DNA of 64,000 nt, the filler included, from Collodictyon triciliatum (taxonomy: Eukaryota), in the NCBI GenBank assembly GCA_043381765.1. It is 21 parts of 21 records of this genome, joined end to end, with 100 filler letters (N's around TTAATTAATTAA, not from the genome) between each part and the next. Parts side by side here need not be neighbours in the genome. Positions count along the whole stretch, not along the records: positions 24,447 to 27,431 come from JBHJMP010008027.1; positions 27,532 to 30,483 come from JBHJMP010008028.1; positions 30,584 to 33,533 come from JBHJMP010008029.1; positions 33,634 to 36,583 come from JBHJMP010008030.1; positions 36,684 to 39,645 come from JBHJMP010008031.1; 16 more parts are not named here. One strand, given 5' to 3'. The translations under genes and the position numbers were made by a program. Below the pieces are notes generated by a model. That model searched no databases. It was not told where the DNA came from and saw nothing but the letters and a program-made list of their open reading frames with translations. This document shows, piece after piece, positions 24,514-37,221 of this stretch. Each line of letters starts with the position of its first letter. Within the stretch, counting starts at the first letter, position 1.

Positions 24514-27500
24514 TAATAATAGTAATAGATGTACTGCTTCATTTAGTCTAGTCTAAGCTGTTTTGAAGCTTTACCAATTCGCTCTCAAGTCCCGTAGCTT
24601 CACACAATTATTTGTGGCCGCAGTTAAAAAGAGTTCATAAGACTCCGGTGGATGTGATACATATTAAGAGTTTTCACACATCCTAGCACTGAAGATTAAA
24701 GGAATAATCAACGCTACAATTATTTTTTTTACAATAATGATGATAGATAAAATAAGGCAGAAAAGAAACAAGGAATCCGTGATGGCCGAATATTAGTGAT
24801 CATGCGTATTATATGATTGTCGGGACATAGGACGTTCTACGAGTATGTAAAGATATAATGATATGGAAACCTATGTATGGGGCGAGCATGTGCACCAGGT
24901 ATTTCCGTGCTATCGATTTTATGACCATATCCATTACGGTAAGACTCTCATCTGATGATGAACAAATGACAATATCTTGACGTAGAAAAAAAAACAATCG
25001 ATCAGTTAAAAAGATATGAATGTAAAAATAATATGATTAATCATGTCATACAATGACATACAAGTATAGGGAATAATAATTAAGTTTTTTTTTTCAGAGA
25101 AAGTGACCTAAATGGAAATTTCCTTACGTGATAAAAAGGAATTTATGCATGAAAAGTCTGTGATATTTTGGGCCTCTGATGATAATTTCACAGCTGATCG
25201 GTACTCATTGTTATTCTGGAACCTGTTTTTATATTTTTATTACATTTATTTCATCGATTTGAGGGATTGTTATACATACAAGGATATTAGAGCAAAAACA
25301 TCCTTTGAAAGGTATCATTTAAGATTTCAAGGCTTTCTTTCGCCATTACCGAAGGAGGTCGCCTTTAGGGATTTCCTCAATCACGTCTTTGTACCCAATC
25401 AACTGATTGCCGCAACTAAGAAAAAATTTATCCATATAATAGAACTTTGATTGCCGAATTGGGCCTGAAAACTCTGGATTCTCCTTCATTTAATTTTTTT
25501 AAGAGAGTGTAAAAAATATATTGATAATTAAAAAAAAAATTATTTATGGCCGTACTTGGAGAGTCAGTTTATATACATGAACATGAGCATTATATTTTTA
25601 AAAGAAAAGATAGAAAATTCCAATACCCTTGCATCATCCTTTGTGTTGTTGACAACGTTCCGAAATACGACAAATGTGTTAGGATTTCCACTGCCCCAGA
25701 GCCGAACCGTTCTATCAGCAGAAAAAGTCAACAAATAATCATTCTTGAGACTATAAGCAACTGAAAGAACCGGGGCATTGCGTCCTATCCATTAAGTTAA
25801 CAGGTAGATTATGGACAAGTGGTATAATGAGTAACTTACTTCGTCCACAATCCAGTGCCACTATATAGTGTTGGTTCACAACCAAAAACTGATGAACTGA
25901 ATGTCACTTTATAAAATACCTCGATAATCTGTTCCTTCTCCTTTAAACTTTGCTAAAGGGAGCTTTATTTCACGAGTGACTTTATCAGACCCGCAGTTGG
26001 TTATTCTCTCTCAATTGCCTTGATTGATACAAATCGACAGTATTAAGATTCGCTTTCTCTTCCTTTATTTTTAAAAACCATCATCACACAGAAACACCCA
26101 AGGGGGGAAAAAACAAGAAGGCAGTGATATTGGAAAAAATATCCACTTGAATGAATCATGCGTAGAGTGGCGCCGGAGTGTGGCAGAATAGCATATGCCC
26201 GAGGTTGAGGGACATGAGGAGGCTCACGATTTATGGGGTGTTTTTTTCCCAGTAAGTTCCTAGAATGTCAGATGAAAGAATGCAATATCAAAACATATCT
26301 CAAAAATCTCATCTTTCCCCAACGCATACGCGTTTTTTCAATTTGAAAATCAGCTTTTATTCATTCTGTCATAGGCTTCCCTTTTAAAACAATTTAAAGA
26401 AAAAAGAAAAGATGATTATTATGTATATAAACCAGGTGTATGTATCTGTGTTTAACTCTTTTTTTAAAATTTATGTTATTTACTATATATGATTAAGTGC
26501 TGGTTATAAATGCGAAGCCCTGATGAGACTAATCTCTTTAAAGTTGTCTCTGGTTTCGTTGAGTTGACTGAAGCGGCCCCGTATCTTGATGACTTTACCC
26601 TTGTGTGAAATGTAATTGGGTCTTAACAACTTTTGGAACTTTTCTTTCAAAGTTGAGGAGGTTGAAGCCATACATGCAAAAAGAAGGGGAAAACATGGTT
26701 GAGATTGGATTATAACACATGTGACTTCTTTGTGTCAATCAGTCCAATATGTAGAGAAATATTGCAAGATATCCTGATGAATTTACCTCCATTTTAATCG
26801 TCTTGTAAACGAAATACATAATGAGAAATGAAATGAAGAAAAAAATAATAAGGTGACATTAAATAAAGTATACACGAGCTCTCCCAATCTTACGAAGGAT
26901 TATCTTCCGCCTTGGGCCCTAGTTTGACAACAAAATCCGTCATAAGGCAGGAATTGGCCTGCAGTGGCTTTAGAAGAAACACTGAAATGACTTCATCACT
27001 TTGCTAGGTATTACAAAGAGTGTTGAAGTTTTTGTTTATATTATATATAACTGATGTTTTATTCACATAGATGCATTTTTAATAGACTAATTATGATAAT
27101 ATATTTTTTAATCGTAAGAAAGGGTAAATATATGAATATACAATTTGAATAGGATTTGTAGCCACGATGAAGCTAAATACTTTTGGATGAAAATGATTGG
27201 CCATGCAGCGAATGCTCTTCATTTTAAAAAGAAAAAGACGGGTTAATTCTCTTACCACTTTCGAATACCAGTCATTAATATTGGTAAACCAGAAAAATGA
27301 GATCCGATCAATATTATCACGACAAACGACATGATTCGATGCAGTAAACCCGACACTGGGAGATGCTAAAGATGCCAATGATTGTGCTACTAGTGATTGA
27401 GAGGACGCTTCAAAAAAACAAAAAAAAAAAANNNNNNNNNNNNNNNNNNNNNNNNNNNNNNNNNNNNNNNNNNNNTTAATTAATTAANNNNNNNNNNNNN

Positions 27501-27532
27501 NNNNNNNNNNNNNNNNNNNNNNNNNNNNNNNG

Positions 27533-27600
<68 letters not shown>

Positions 27601-28556
27601 GGTGTTCTAGCTTTCTTTCCCCCAACCCCAGCTTTGTGGGCTGCCCTCCACTATGTGCGCGAAGAAGGAGCCCGAGCTATCGACCCAGCTGACGCTTTTG
27701 CAGTCGATTGTTGCCCGTGTATGAAGAATCATAGCTGTATTTTAATTCTTGGACTTATTGTGGTTTGTGCCCTTTTTGTACATTTAACACAGTAGTTGAA
27801 ATGGCTCGGCCTTGATTTTATTAAAGTGCGCTATTCTAGCGCGTGCCTGTTCAAGAATTATTACCACTACAATTATTATAATAATTATCATAATAATAAT
27901 ACTATTAAAGCTGTGTGCATTTATCCACAAAAGATAATTGCGCGGCTGTGAAGCCTTCGAGGCCGAGTTGTTCACCGCAGCAGCGCAGACGCGCCAGGAT
28001 TCATCTTTGTGTTGACGCATTTATGGCTTCGTGTTGTTTTCTTTTGCTCTGAAACAACGCGCAATGCCTGGGATATCATTCAATTGGTTGGAAGCTTCAA
28101 CTGGTCGCCCACCGGAGCTAAGTGGTGTGTGCAGGGGTTTGTGTTTTTTTTTGGAATTTTATTCCACATTTATCCTCCAATCTTGCTTTTTGGTTGCGCG
28201 CGGGTAATAGAGCAGACTATTCGTATAAAATGTACATATAAGGTATGTATATAAAAGAACAGTGGCTTCTTTGAGACTAAATGTATTTTTCCCTTACGTG
28301 GAAATATTATCTGGAATTTAATGCAAATCAATTTATTTGAATATTTAGAACATTAGAAGTGTCATTCATGATATAAATAATAAATGATTACAATATAAAG
28401 TCATTTGATGTATACACACAAACACAAAAGATTGGGTGAAAATGCAAGACTGCTTGGCCTTGCTGGGCTGTCTGGAGTCATAGCAAGGATTCGCACGAAA
28501 CCTCCAGCCAACAGACCAGCCGAAAAGGACACAGGACAGAAGATAATCGGAGCAGG

Positions 28557-29943
28557 ATGGCCGACACAGAGAATCCCATTCGCATTATATTTAGTGACAT
28601 TGACGGAACGCTCGTCCACTTCCCAAAGTATATGCCTGCTGGAAGTTGGATCCAACCTGTCAACACAACAGAGGTATCGGCCGGGAATGAAGCCCGTGTC
28701 GGAGACACGTTGTATTTTGAGGATGGACGCAGTGTTGAGTGTGTTCGAATTCCAAGCACTACAATGGGCGATGCTTTCATGTCTGTCAGTTCGCAAAGTA
28801 CAATAAGGTATCTATGGGGTTGAAATGCCCGCCGTGCGAATAAATACATGGCAATGCATCTTTATTTTACATTTGTGAATCCTTTCCTGATGGCGATGTT
28901 GATTTGAATAAGTAAATAATTTTTTTTTTATTTTTGACTAATTTTGATATCCTTTTTGTGATTTTGTTAAATTAGTTCATTATATTAATGCATGAACCCT
29001 TTTCTCTTTTTCTTTCTGATAGATAGATGGATAAAGCAAACTGTACAAAATTTTATTTGTTAAATGATCCCTTTTAAAAAAGGAGCATGATAAATCATTC
29101 AATAGGCAACTTCGAAACGATGGTGTTTTGTTCGTGATGATTACCGGTGCGAGAAGAGAGACTCTCCTTAAGAGGCTTGCACACCTACCCGATTGTGACT
29201 ATGCCATCGCGGAGAATGGAGGCCGTATCTATCACTTCCCTCGTCCTATATCATCCTCACGCTTGGACATCTCCATCATAAACGAAATGCATTTGGACAA
29301 GGAGTGGGCGAGTCGCTTTGTACCTTTATGTGGACCAGTCCTATCTCAGGACGTCCCACTTTCGGCTCGTGATGGGCCCATCTGGGACCTTGCTCGGTTC
29401 ATACAATCTAGGGGGTGGAAAGTTGACTGCAAGGATTACTGGTCCTTGTTCCGTATTAATCTCACCAATTCCACAGGAGTTGGCTCATCTCTCGGGGGGA
29501 AGGATGAATCACAGCAGCTACTTTCTGAAATTGAAGAGTGGGTTTTGGGTCTCAAAGCAGCAGGCTCGACTCCCGAATCAATGACTCTCGAGACCTGGAG
29601 TATCTGTCGCAACTTGGACAAGATGGATGTAATGCCTTCTATCTCTGGGAAAGGCAGCGCTATGCAGTGGGTTTTGAAAAAATGTGCCATCGACCGCCGC
29701 TATTCTGTTGTTATGATGGATGATGATAACGACCTTCCCATGGCTGAATTGGCTGGGAGAGTTTTCCTTCCCTATATTACGGGCAAAAGAGTACAGTTTC
29801 TGGTGAATTTGGAGAAAGCACCAGAGAACTATGACCTGAAGAAACCAGTCCAGGCAAGGTGGTTTGTTGCAAAAACACCAGGTATCATCGGGACACAACA
29901 AGCTCTCGATGAGATTTTAAAATGCGTCACCAAAAAAATATAA
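28557..29943 (+). CDS. HAD-superfamily subfamily IIB (Cof/SPP-like) hydrolase
   Basis: Motif I FSDIDGTL, motif II ITGAR, AENGGRI, motif III SGKGSA and motif IV MDDDNDLPM; intron ~28808-29105. Confidence 0.9.
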
Positions 29944-30014
29944 ATCTACCCAAACAATCGAATGTTTCATGTTAATCAAACTCATTCTATCGCGGTTCTT
30001 TTTCTCTTCGCTTT

Positions 30015-30160
30015 TATTATTTCTTTCAATTTATGGAAGACAGGAGTTTTGGCCTTGATTCGCTGGCCATCGTCAGCATGAGCGCTACTTGGGGCCGAGC
30101 GGCGGAGAAGTCGGTTTTCAAGAGTTACATTTTTTTTTCCTTTATTCGATTCAAATTCAA
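30015..30160 (+). repeat. Dispersed non-coding repeat, copy 1
   Basis: ttggccttgattcgctggccatcgtcagcatgagcgctacttggggccgagcggcggagaagtcgg aligns with 33440-33510. Confidence 0.75.
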
Positions 30161-30409
30161 GAGTTAAATCTTGAAGTTTGGCACATAGCCATGGTCTTGT
30201 GCTTGCGCGGGATAGGTAAGGTGAGATTTAGTCCCTTTCTCTCCGCTTCTTTTTTTCTCTTTCGCGTGTCTTTTATCATAAGCCCATTGTATCCATTAGT
30301 CAATATTGTAATATCCTCTGTTTTTAACACGAAAGGGAGACTTTGTAGATGTTTCTTATTTGTCTTCGACAGAGTTGCGGTACTTGGCAGAATTATTGGT
30401 GATGGCTCT

Positions 30410-30471
<62 letters not shown>

Positions 30472-30620
30472 TTTTTGTTTTTTNNNNNNNNNNNNNNNNN
30501 NNNNNNNNNNNNNNNNNNNNNNNNNNNTTAATTAATTAANNNNNNNNNNNNNNNNNNNNNNNNNNNNNNNNNNNNNNNNNNNNAAAGTAAAAAAAAAGAA
30601 AAAAAAAAGAAAAAAAAAAG

Positions 30621-30722
<102 letters not shown>

Positions 30723-30865
30723 AAAAAAGTAAAAAAAAAAGTAAAAAAAAGTAAAAAAAAGTAAAAAAAAGTAAAAAAAGAAAAGAAAAAGAAGAAAAAG
30801 AAGAAAAAAGAAAAAAAGAAAGGAAAAAGAAAGGCTCAAGACAGACGAGCAAAAAACCCCACTCT

Positions 30866-31165
30866 GAAAATAATGACTTCAAAGCAGCGCACGATAAGGC
30901 ACTCAAGATCGGAGTGCGGCAGGTGTTTATGGAGGACCTATAGAAAAAGTTTACCACGGATAACATCTTCCCGGTCATCCAGGCAGAATGCATATGTCAA
31001 GGCCGGTACTTGTTGGAGATTTCGCTGGCGCGGCTGGTGATTGCGTGGCGCCTGGTACACTTCAAGCTCTCCATATAAGTGCTGTACCCGATGCTGCGCA
31101 TCATCGCTCCGTGGTGGCTGCCGGAGTTCTCAGCGTCCTTCCAAGGCCGTCCTACTCCCATATAG
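30866..31165 (+). pseudogene. Argininosuccinate synthase fragment; intronless, with stops and an internal deletion
   Basis: DFKAAHDKALKIGVRQVFMEDL*KKFTTDNIFPVIQAECICQGRYLLEISLARLVIA / VHFKLSI*VLYPMLRIIAPWWLPEFSASFQGR matches ASS motifs RYLLGTSLARP and IAPWR. The HGATGKGNDQ segment is missing. Confidence 0.8.
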
Positions 31166-32199
31166 AGCCCATCCATATTACTATTAATTAGGCACGACAA
31201 GTTTATACCCTTCTTTGTCCCTAGAAATAATAGTCAATGCAAGTATATTCCCCTTAATGAAGTGGGTTGGAACTGCTCCGTAAAAAACAGTGTAAGTTTT
31301 ATGTCATTTGAAAAGATTGAGATATATAATTGACGGCTTTTCATGCTGATATTGTGTTAAGTTTGAATATTGAATGGCATACATATAAAATCAATTAGTT
31401 CGATTTGACTGAGTAACAAGATAAGCAGAAAGGTTATTTCGTTGTCCTATCTACATGAGCGACGACCAAGTAAATTCCCATAATTTGAGAAGGAAATAAG
31501 AAAAAAATTGACTGCAAAATGAAAAGTATAATGAGTTTCCTTAAAAAAAAAAGAAAGGGAAACCGGACCAGCAAATATGCAGGTTTACGACAGGCAAAGA
31601 AAGCAAAAGGAGACACCGCAGCAAATAGAAGAAAGGCTTCATGACCAAGCATCAACTCACTACGAATCGAAGAGAACAAGAAAGGCCTGATGAAAGGGCT
31701 AGTAGGCTTCATGTTCTAGCCATCAACTCATAAAGAGCAACATAATTATGAATATAGTGCTCAGTATTAATTGTTATGCTTCGTTCATCCGTTTCCATGT
31801 TTTCTTTTTTATTTTCACCCATTCCAAGGCGAAGCACAGGTACCAAGGCTAGTATTAAGTGTATATCTATATCATTTACATTTATTTTTATTTTCTTCAC
31901 TACCCAAGCCATACAAAGCTGAGGGTGAATACCAGACCTTAATTTGTTAAGAAATCATCCCATCCACTTAATCCTACACCCACAGAGCACTTTGTCTCCT
32001 TTCAGCCATAATCGACCCCAGAGAGCACAGACCGGAACATATATTTGTATTGGTATCGATAACATAGCAGGAGGAGGAAGAAGAGAATAGAAGACCTCAC
32101 CATTTTTGCGACTTTTCGCCTACCAAAGAATCATTGATTGGGACGGACAGCTGCGCACTGCTGCAGACGTCCTGAAGGAGATAAGTAGGGGCGCCGTGG

Positions 32200-33290
32200 G
32201 CACAAGCGTGCCTGTCCGTGGGGGCTAATGCGACGGCAAAGAGCGCCCACCAGATACCGACGAGGCCGATGCAGAGGTCGGGCAGGAAAGGGAGGCGTAA
32301 GGCCAGGAGTACCGCCAGAGACATGGCGACGAGCGAGTAGCCGAGAAGATACCTGACATCAACCAGACGGTGATGGCCCAGGCCGCGATACCTTGCAGCC
32401 TGTCAGCAATGTGAAAGAGGGTGCCGACTGGGATGAGGGCAGCCGTTTGTCGCTGGTGAAGGCCGCAGGCACATAGGCACGCGCAAGATGGATTAGGTCG
32501 CAACGAAGGACAGCAGCACAAGCCCAACAAGGACAGCCCCGCAGATGGCCAGCGCCACGTAGAGCAGGATGTAGACGGTCAGGAGGATGACGTGTGCATA
32601 TAGCGCAACAATGTCACCCGCCGCCTCAGCCAGAACCGCGGCTCCTTGGAAGCTTGAGACCTCCAGCGCAGCCATGACCCCGGCTGCTGCCTTGCCACAT
32701 ACATCTATCTGTCACAACCACCAGGCAAAGACCACTCTGAGCATCCTGTGCATCAGAGACGTCGCCATGGCTGTGCCTGTGAGCCCGAGTTCCGCAGTGC
32801 AAATGAGCGCATAGTTTGCTAGGATGTTGAAGAGGTTGGCAGCAAGGCCCAGGCCAGACACGGAGCCATACGGCCTTGCGCATGCTGGTGCTCCTGCAGG
32901 ACCGTGGACACAGCGAGAAACATCACCCCGGAATCAGCCAGAGGCAGTAGTTGCCCGTCATCCGCGCGATGGCTGCATCATGTCCCCAGGGTGTTGGGAT
33001 AGGTGCTCATGCAGACACAAAAGAATCACGACAATTTGAAACATGTGTTGCCCAGCGCTGCTGCTGCCAGCTCATTCTTGCCTTGGTGCCCACCATCATC
33101 CGGTCCGTAGTATGCAGTAGAGTCAGCAGCAGATTTGTCAATACTGTGGGGATTCCGAGGTGGAGCAGTTCCTTCAGTTTGGCCATGAGTCTACTAGCCA
33201 GGCCCCCTTCTGTGTCGCGGTGCTCTGTGTCTTTGTTTGCTTGCTGGTCGTCGCTGCCGTCATTGTCTGGGTACTCGCTGCTCAGCATTC
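32200..33290 (-). pseudogene. MATE-family efflux transporter pseudogene; intronless, frameshifted, internally deleted
   Basis: ELLHLGIPTVLTNLL...MMVG/HQGKNELAAAALGN, VMAALEVSSFQ, LFHIADRLQGI and GYSLVAMSLAVLLA...GLVGIWWAL lie in several different frames. Confidence 0.8.
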
Positions 33291-33399
33291 TGCGTGGGTG
33301 GGTATCTTGCTTCTCCTATTTTTTTTTTTCTTTGGAGGCGAGACTTTGTAATATGCGCGATGCGGCCTATGGCTATTGCAGGGGTTCATTTTTTTCTTT

Positions 33400-33533
33400 T
33401 TTTCTTCCTTTCTATTTTGTGCGGGATGGTGAAGATGTTGGCTTTGGTTCGCTAGCCATCGTTTGCATGGACGCTACTTGGTGGCCGGGTGGCGGAGAAG
33501 TAGTCGGTAATCAGGAATTGCATCCTGCGGTTT
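33400..33533 (+). repeat. Dispersed non-coding repeat, copy 2
   Basis: Homologous to 30015-30130; its 5' part recurs at 56143-56183. Confidence 0.75.
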
Positions 33534-33633
33534 NNNNNNNNNNNNNNNNNNNNNNNNNNNNNNNNNNNNNNNNNNNNTTAATTAATTAANNNNNNNNNNN
33601 NNNNNNNNNNNNNNNNNNNNNNNNNNNNNNNNN

Positions 33634-33790
33634 GGACATTGCACAAATGTGTGCTCAATGGATTCATCGCCGTTGCTGCTAAGTGTGCGTTGCTGGGAGA
33701 CTTTGCCAGCTTTTGCCGCGCGTGTGCCTATCCATAGCTCCCTATTGGTGATATGAAGCATTAGAGAGCGGTGATTTGGAAGGACTTGTG
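33634..33790 (-). mobile_element. LINE ORF2 zf-RVT-region fragment
   Basis: HRSLMLHITNRELWIGTRAAKA...GDESIEHTFVQC is homologous to LLLSISNRELWIG...GDESIEHAFLKC at ~49190-49320. Confidence 0.85.
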
Positions 33791-34280
33791 GGGTTCGTTC
33801 TTGTCTTCGGCTTGCTGTGAGCGGGATGTGGGTGATGCCCAGTGTTTCTCACCACTGTTGATGTTTTGAATTTTTGTAGGGTGTCAGTAGTGGGATTTTG
33901 CCTCATGAAAATTGAAGACAGTTGCCTAATCAACGTAACGTTGAAAAATTATTTTTTCCAAGCATTTTGATATTTTTCTACATATACATCATATATGCCC
34001 ATCCTCTACCTATCTCATTTTCTAGATTTTTTAAATGGTTTTAAAATTTTTATTTTACTATCGATTAAGAAAGATTAAGAAAAATATCGAAAAATTCTAT
34101 GAAATAAATAGTGAGGGAAAATATCCTAATTATTGAAATAAATTCTATTTAGCCATTTATATACTTGTAGTGACATTTTAGCCTTCAATGACCTTATACA
34201 AAAGCTCTCAATTTTCACAGTTTAAGATGTTTATTGATCCTTTTTGTTTTTATTGGACTTTGAAGGAGCATGAATGAGTT

Positions 34281-34721
34281 TCATGAAGAAGCTGAGTTGG
34301 AAAGCGTGAGAAGCCAGATAGCTGCAGTGTTTGAGGATACATTTTTGCATAAGGGAGTTGTTTTTGGACCAAAGTTGTCGATTAATTCTTCTTCGGAAGA
34401 TAATGGAGATGCAAGTACGGTTTCTAAGTAGTTAAATTGACGAGGTTTGTATTCATCCTTTCGAGGGTTAGATGGAAAACTTGAAAGAGAGGGCGTATTA
34501 CATTGATTTGCCAGCGAAGAAGCGATTTGGGCGCGATGTCTCTTGGATTTGAGGTGCTCCGTGCGCGCTTGTTCAGAAAAACCACGCCATGTTGGGCATG
34601 AAGGGCAAATAAAGGCAATAGTGTGTCGCTGAGGATTAAGTTTGCAAATATTGAGATGGAGCCGGCGATTGCGTTTAGAAGAAAGCTGCTTTTCGCAATG
34701 CGGGCAAATAGCCTTGTCCAT
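34281..34721 (-). CDS. C2H2 zinc-finger ORF, possibly transposon-derived or partial
   Basis: CPHC...LHLNIC and CPSC...EHLKSKRH zinc fingers; no clear continuation. Confidence 0.5.
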   Translation of the reverse strand: MDKAICPHCEKQLSSKRNRRLHLNICKLNPQRHTIAFICPSCPTWRGFSEQARTEHLKSKRHRAQIASSLANQCNTPSLSSFPSNPRKDEYKPRQFNYLETVLASPLSSEEELIDNFGPKTTPLCKNVSSNTAAIWLLTLSNSASS

Positions 34722-36246
34722 TTCAGTATGTTTTATTCCTGTTTTTCTTGAATTCTAATGGAATTTTTAATATATGTTTACAATTTGCACACACTCTAAT
34801 ATTAAAAAAAATTGAATTAATGAGCTAAGTGTTAAGTTTTCTCAAATTTATTGAGATCTCCCACGCTTGAATTTTCTTTGGGGAAATCTTTGAACATGCA
34901 GAAAAAACAGAGGCTTCCACAATATTGAATTTAAGGGATTTGAGTTATCTTATAACCAGAAAATTTTTTCAATGGTGTCCATGCCGATAAAAATATTAAA
35001 TTAGATAGAATAATAACAAAAAAAAAATCAATGATCTGAGGTCGAAACCTACCAGTTAGCAAAAAAAACGATTTTTCTATAAAATCGAATTTACCAGAGA
35101 ACTAGGGTATTTTCTTTATGTATGGGTGTAATTGTGAACTTTAAATTTCATGGGAAATGGGAAATTCAGTATTTTATGCAAAGTTTTGATTCCCAGCTAA
35201 AGATTTATCACGTAAATACAGGCTTTAAAAATAAAATAGATTTATTCAATATGCGGTTGAATAAAGTTGAATGTGAGACTGTTCTATTGACATTTGTAGG
35301 TGTCTTGGCAAATTCAATTCCTTTGCCCACGCTACGTATCAATAGACAAATTTTTTATACTTTTTATTTAATAAATCAATACGGATCCATATAAAGATAA
35401 GAAACGAGGTTCTTATATTTTTCAACAAAATCGTCCTCGGTTTTGAATTACTGAATAAATTCCAGTTGAAATCTCATATTTTTATCTCCCGAATATCACC
35501 CAAACATATATTCTTCAGACATCCAAGTACCGATGTATCGACTAAAAAATATAAATCATTTGAACTGCTATTAGGCATCTGGATGGAGCCAATAAAGCTT
35601 TTGTTTTGGTTTCGCTCTCACCGAATTATGCCAGTTGTTAAAATAATTTGACATTTTTTGCCGCGAGTTTACAAAATATTACAAGAAAAATTGCAATTTA
35701 AGTGAAGTTAAAAATCGATCACCTTTTCACATGCAAAATTAGGACAAAAACGCGCCAAAAGTAACGGTATGAAGTAAACTAATAGTTATGTTTGCTATAA
35801 ATCGTGACACTATTGTAAGCCGATCGCTATACAGAATAATATGTTAGTCTGCACGTCACATTTCGGTAATCTTTTAGCCTTGGTGGTAGAACTCTGCATA
35901 AAAACACAAAAAATTTACCAAAATGTAAAACGAAAAAAAGAAAATTATTTCCTTTGCTTCGTTTAATATGTTATAAATAGTGAAAGACTTTGAGAAGACA
36001 CATATTGGATTGTTTTGGAATTTTTAGTTAATCAAAATTTTATCACTTGTTTTTCATACGGTGCAGTTGGGGAACTTTTTTTTGACATATAGTTGTGTTG
36101 GTGATTCAAAGAAATAATATTTACAAGATACCTTGACTTTTACTTTCTATAAATTTATTTCTTGGTGCTAATAATTTATTTTTTTTGCCACTATGGTACA
36201 TACCACGGTCAATATATTACATCCAATGCACCCAAAGATCTAATTT

Positions 36247-36583
36247 TCATGTTAAATGCATGAGAGACAGGGCGAGGTTGAATCTCTTGGCCTCTTTCCA
36301 CATGTCTCTTCTCACAGAGTCTGAGTAGTAAAGAACGTGCAGGTGGCGAAGAAAGCTATTGAGGAAAGAGATTTGTATGATGTCATTCAGTTTATTATCA
36401 GGAATGGGTGGCTGGTTGTTGAGTCTTGCTTTGCGTGAGTATATGCGTGCTATCCACATAGTCCATAACAAATGGCCTCGCGTCACTGCCCATAATGTTT
36501 TTGCATCTGGGCGCAACTGTTTCAGAGGCCCAAATATCGCCTGGCTTGGGCAAACAGCCGCAGCCGTCTTGAGTGTCAGTCGA
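36247..36583 (-). mobile_element. LINE ORF2 C-terminal fragment (related subfamily)
   Basis: TLWAVTRGHLLWTMW...SFLNSFLRHLHVLYYSDSVRRDMW compares with ILWTVTRGHMLWFLW...SFLNNLLKHARILCYSDRKRREMW at 49.4-49.65 kb. Confidence 0.88.
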
Positions 36584-37221
36584 NNNNNNNNNNNNNNNNN
36601 NNNNNNNNNNNNNNNNNNNNNNNNNNNTTAATTAATTAANNNNNNNNNNNNNNNNNNNNNNNNNNNNNNNNNNNNNNNNNNNNTCGGCCACTCTCCAACC
36701 GCAGCGACGCCGGACTTAGCACAAAGAGACGCATCCGTGCAGGTGATTCAGGAAACCCACGAACACACGGCAACTCCTCCGCACCAACGCGACTCATGTG
36801 GCCACCCCCAGTATTCCCAGACCCATATGGCAATTCCCAGTTCTTTGGTGACGCCCGGAGATGCACGCGACAAGCACCCGGCTATTCCCAAGACTTTCGA
36901 TGCAAGAGGTCAACCTTGGCTGTGGCCAACCCCGAACCGGTGAATTTCCAAGGAAGCACTAGCACACAAGTTCTGCACAAGTCGTCTTCTCGGAAAAATT
37001 CGCCGGCCTTTGCGGGATATTTAACGTCGTCTTGTCGAAATCCCTGCTCCACTTTTTTTATTCACACAGTACTATCTGATCTCCGTGTGCACAACCCACC
37101 ATCCTGACTCGAGTTATTCTGTCCTGTGTGATTATCAAGTCCACTTATAAAACTAATAAATGATGTGTATTGTATTGACACCCAGCCAGTCCACCCTTAT
37201 ACATAGCCGGAATCTCTCCAG

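Noticed and set aside
24447-27431. Fragmentary ORFs in an AT-rich contig
   Set aside because: They are interrupted by stops, with no recognisable domain or consistent exon chain.
30048-30075. HDV-like ribozyme in the dispersed repeat (GCC-TTGATTCGCT-GGC)
   Set aside because: The resemblance to P3/L3 is superficial; I could not identify P1, P1.1 or P2 pairings.
36684-36950. LINE endonuclease fragment (VIQETH)
   Set aside because: Only one short motif in a broken frame; too weak to call.
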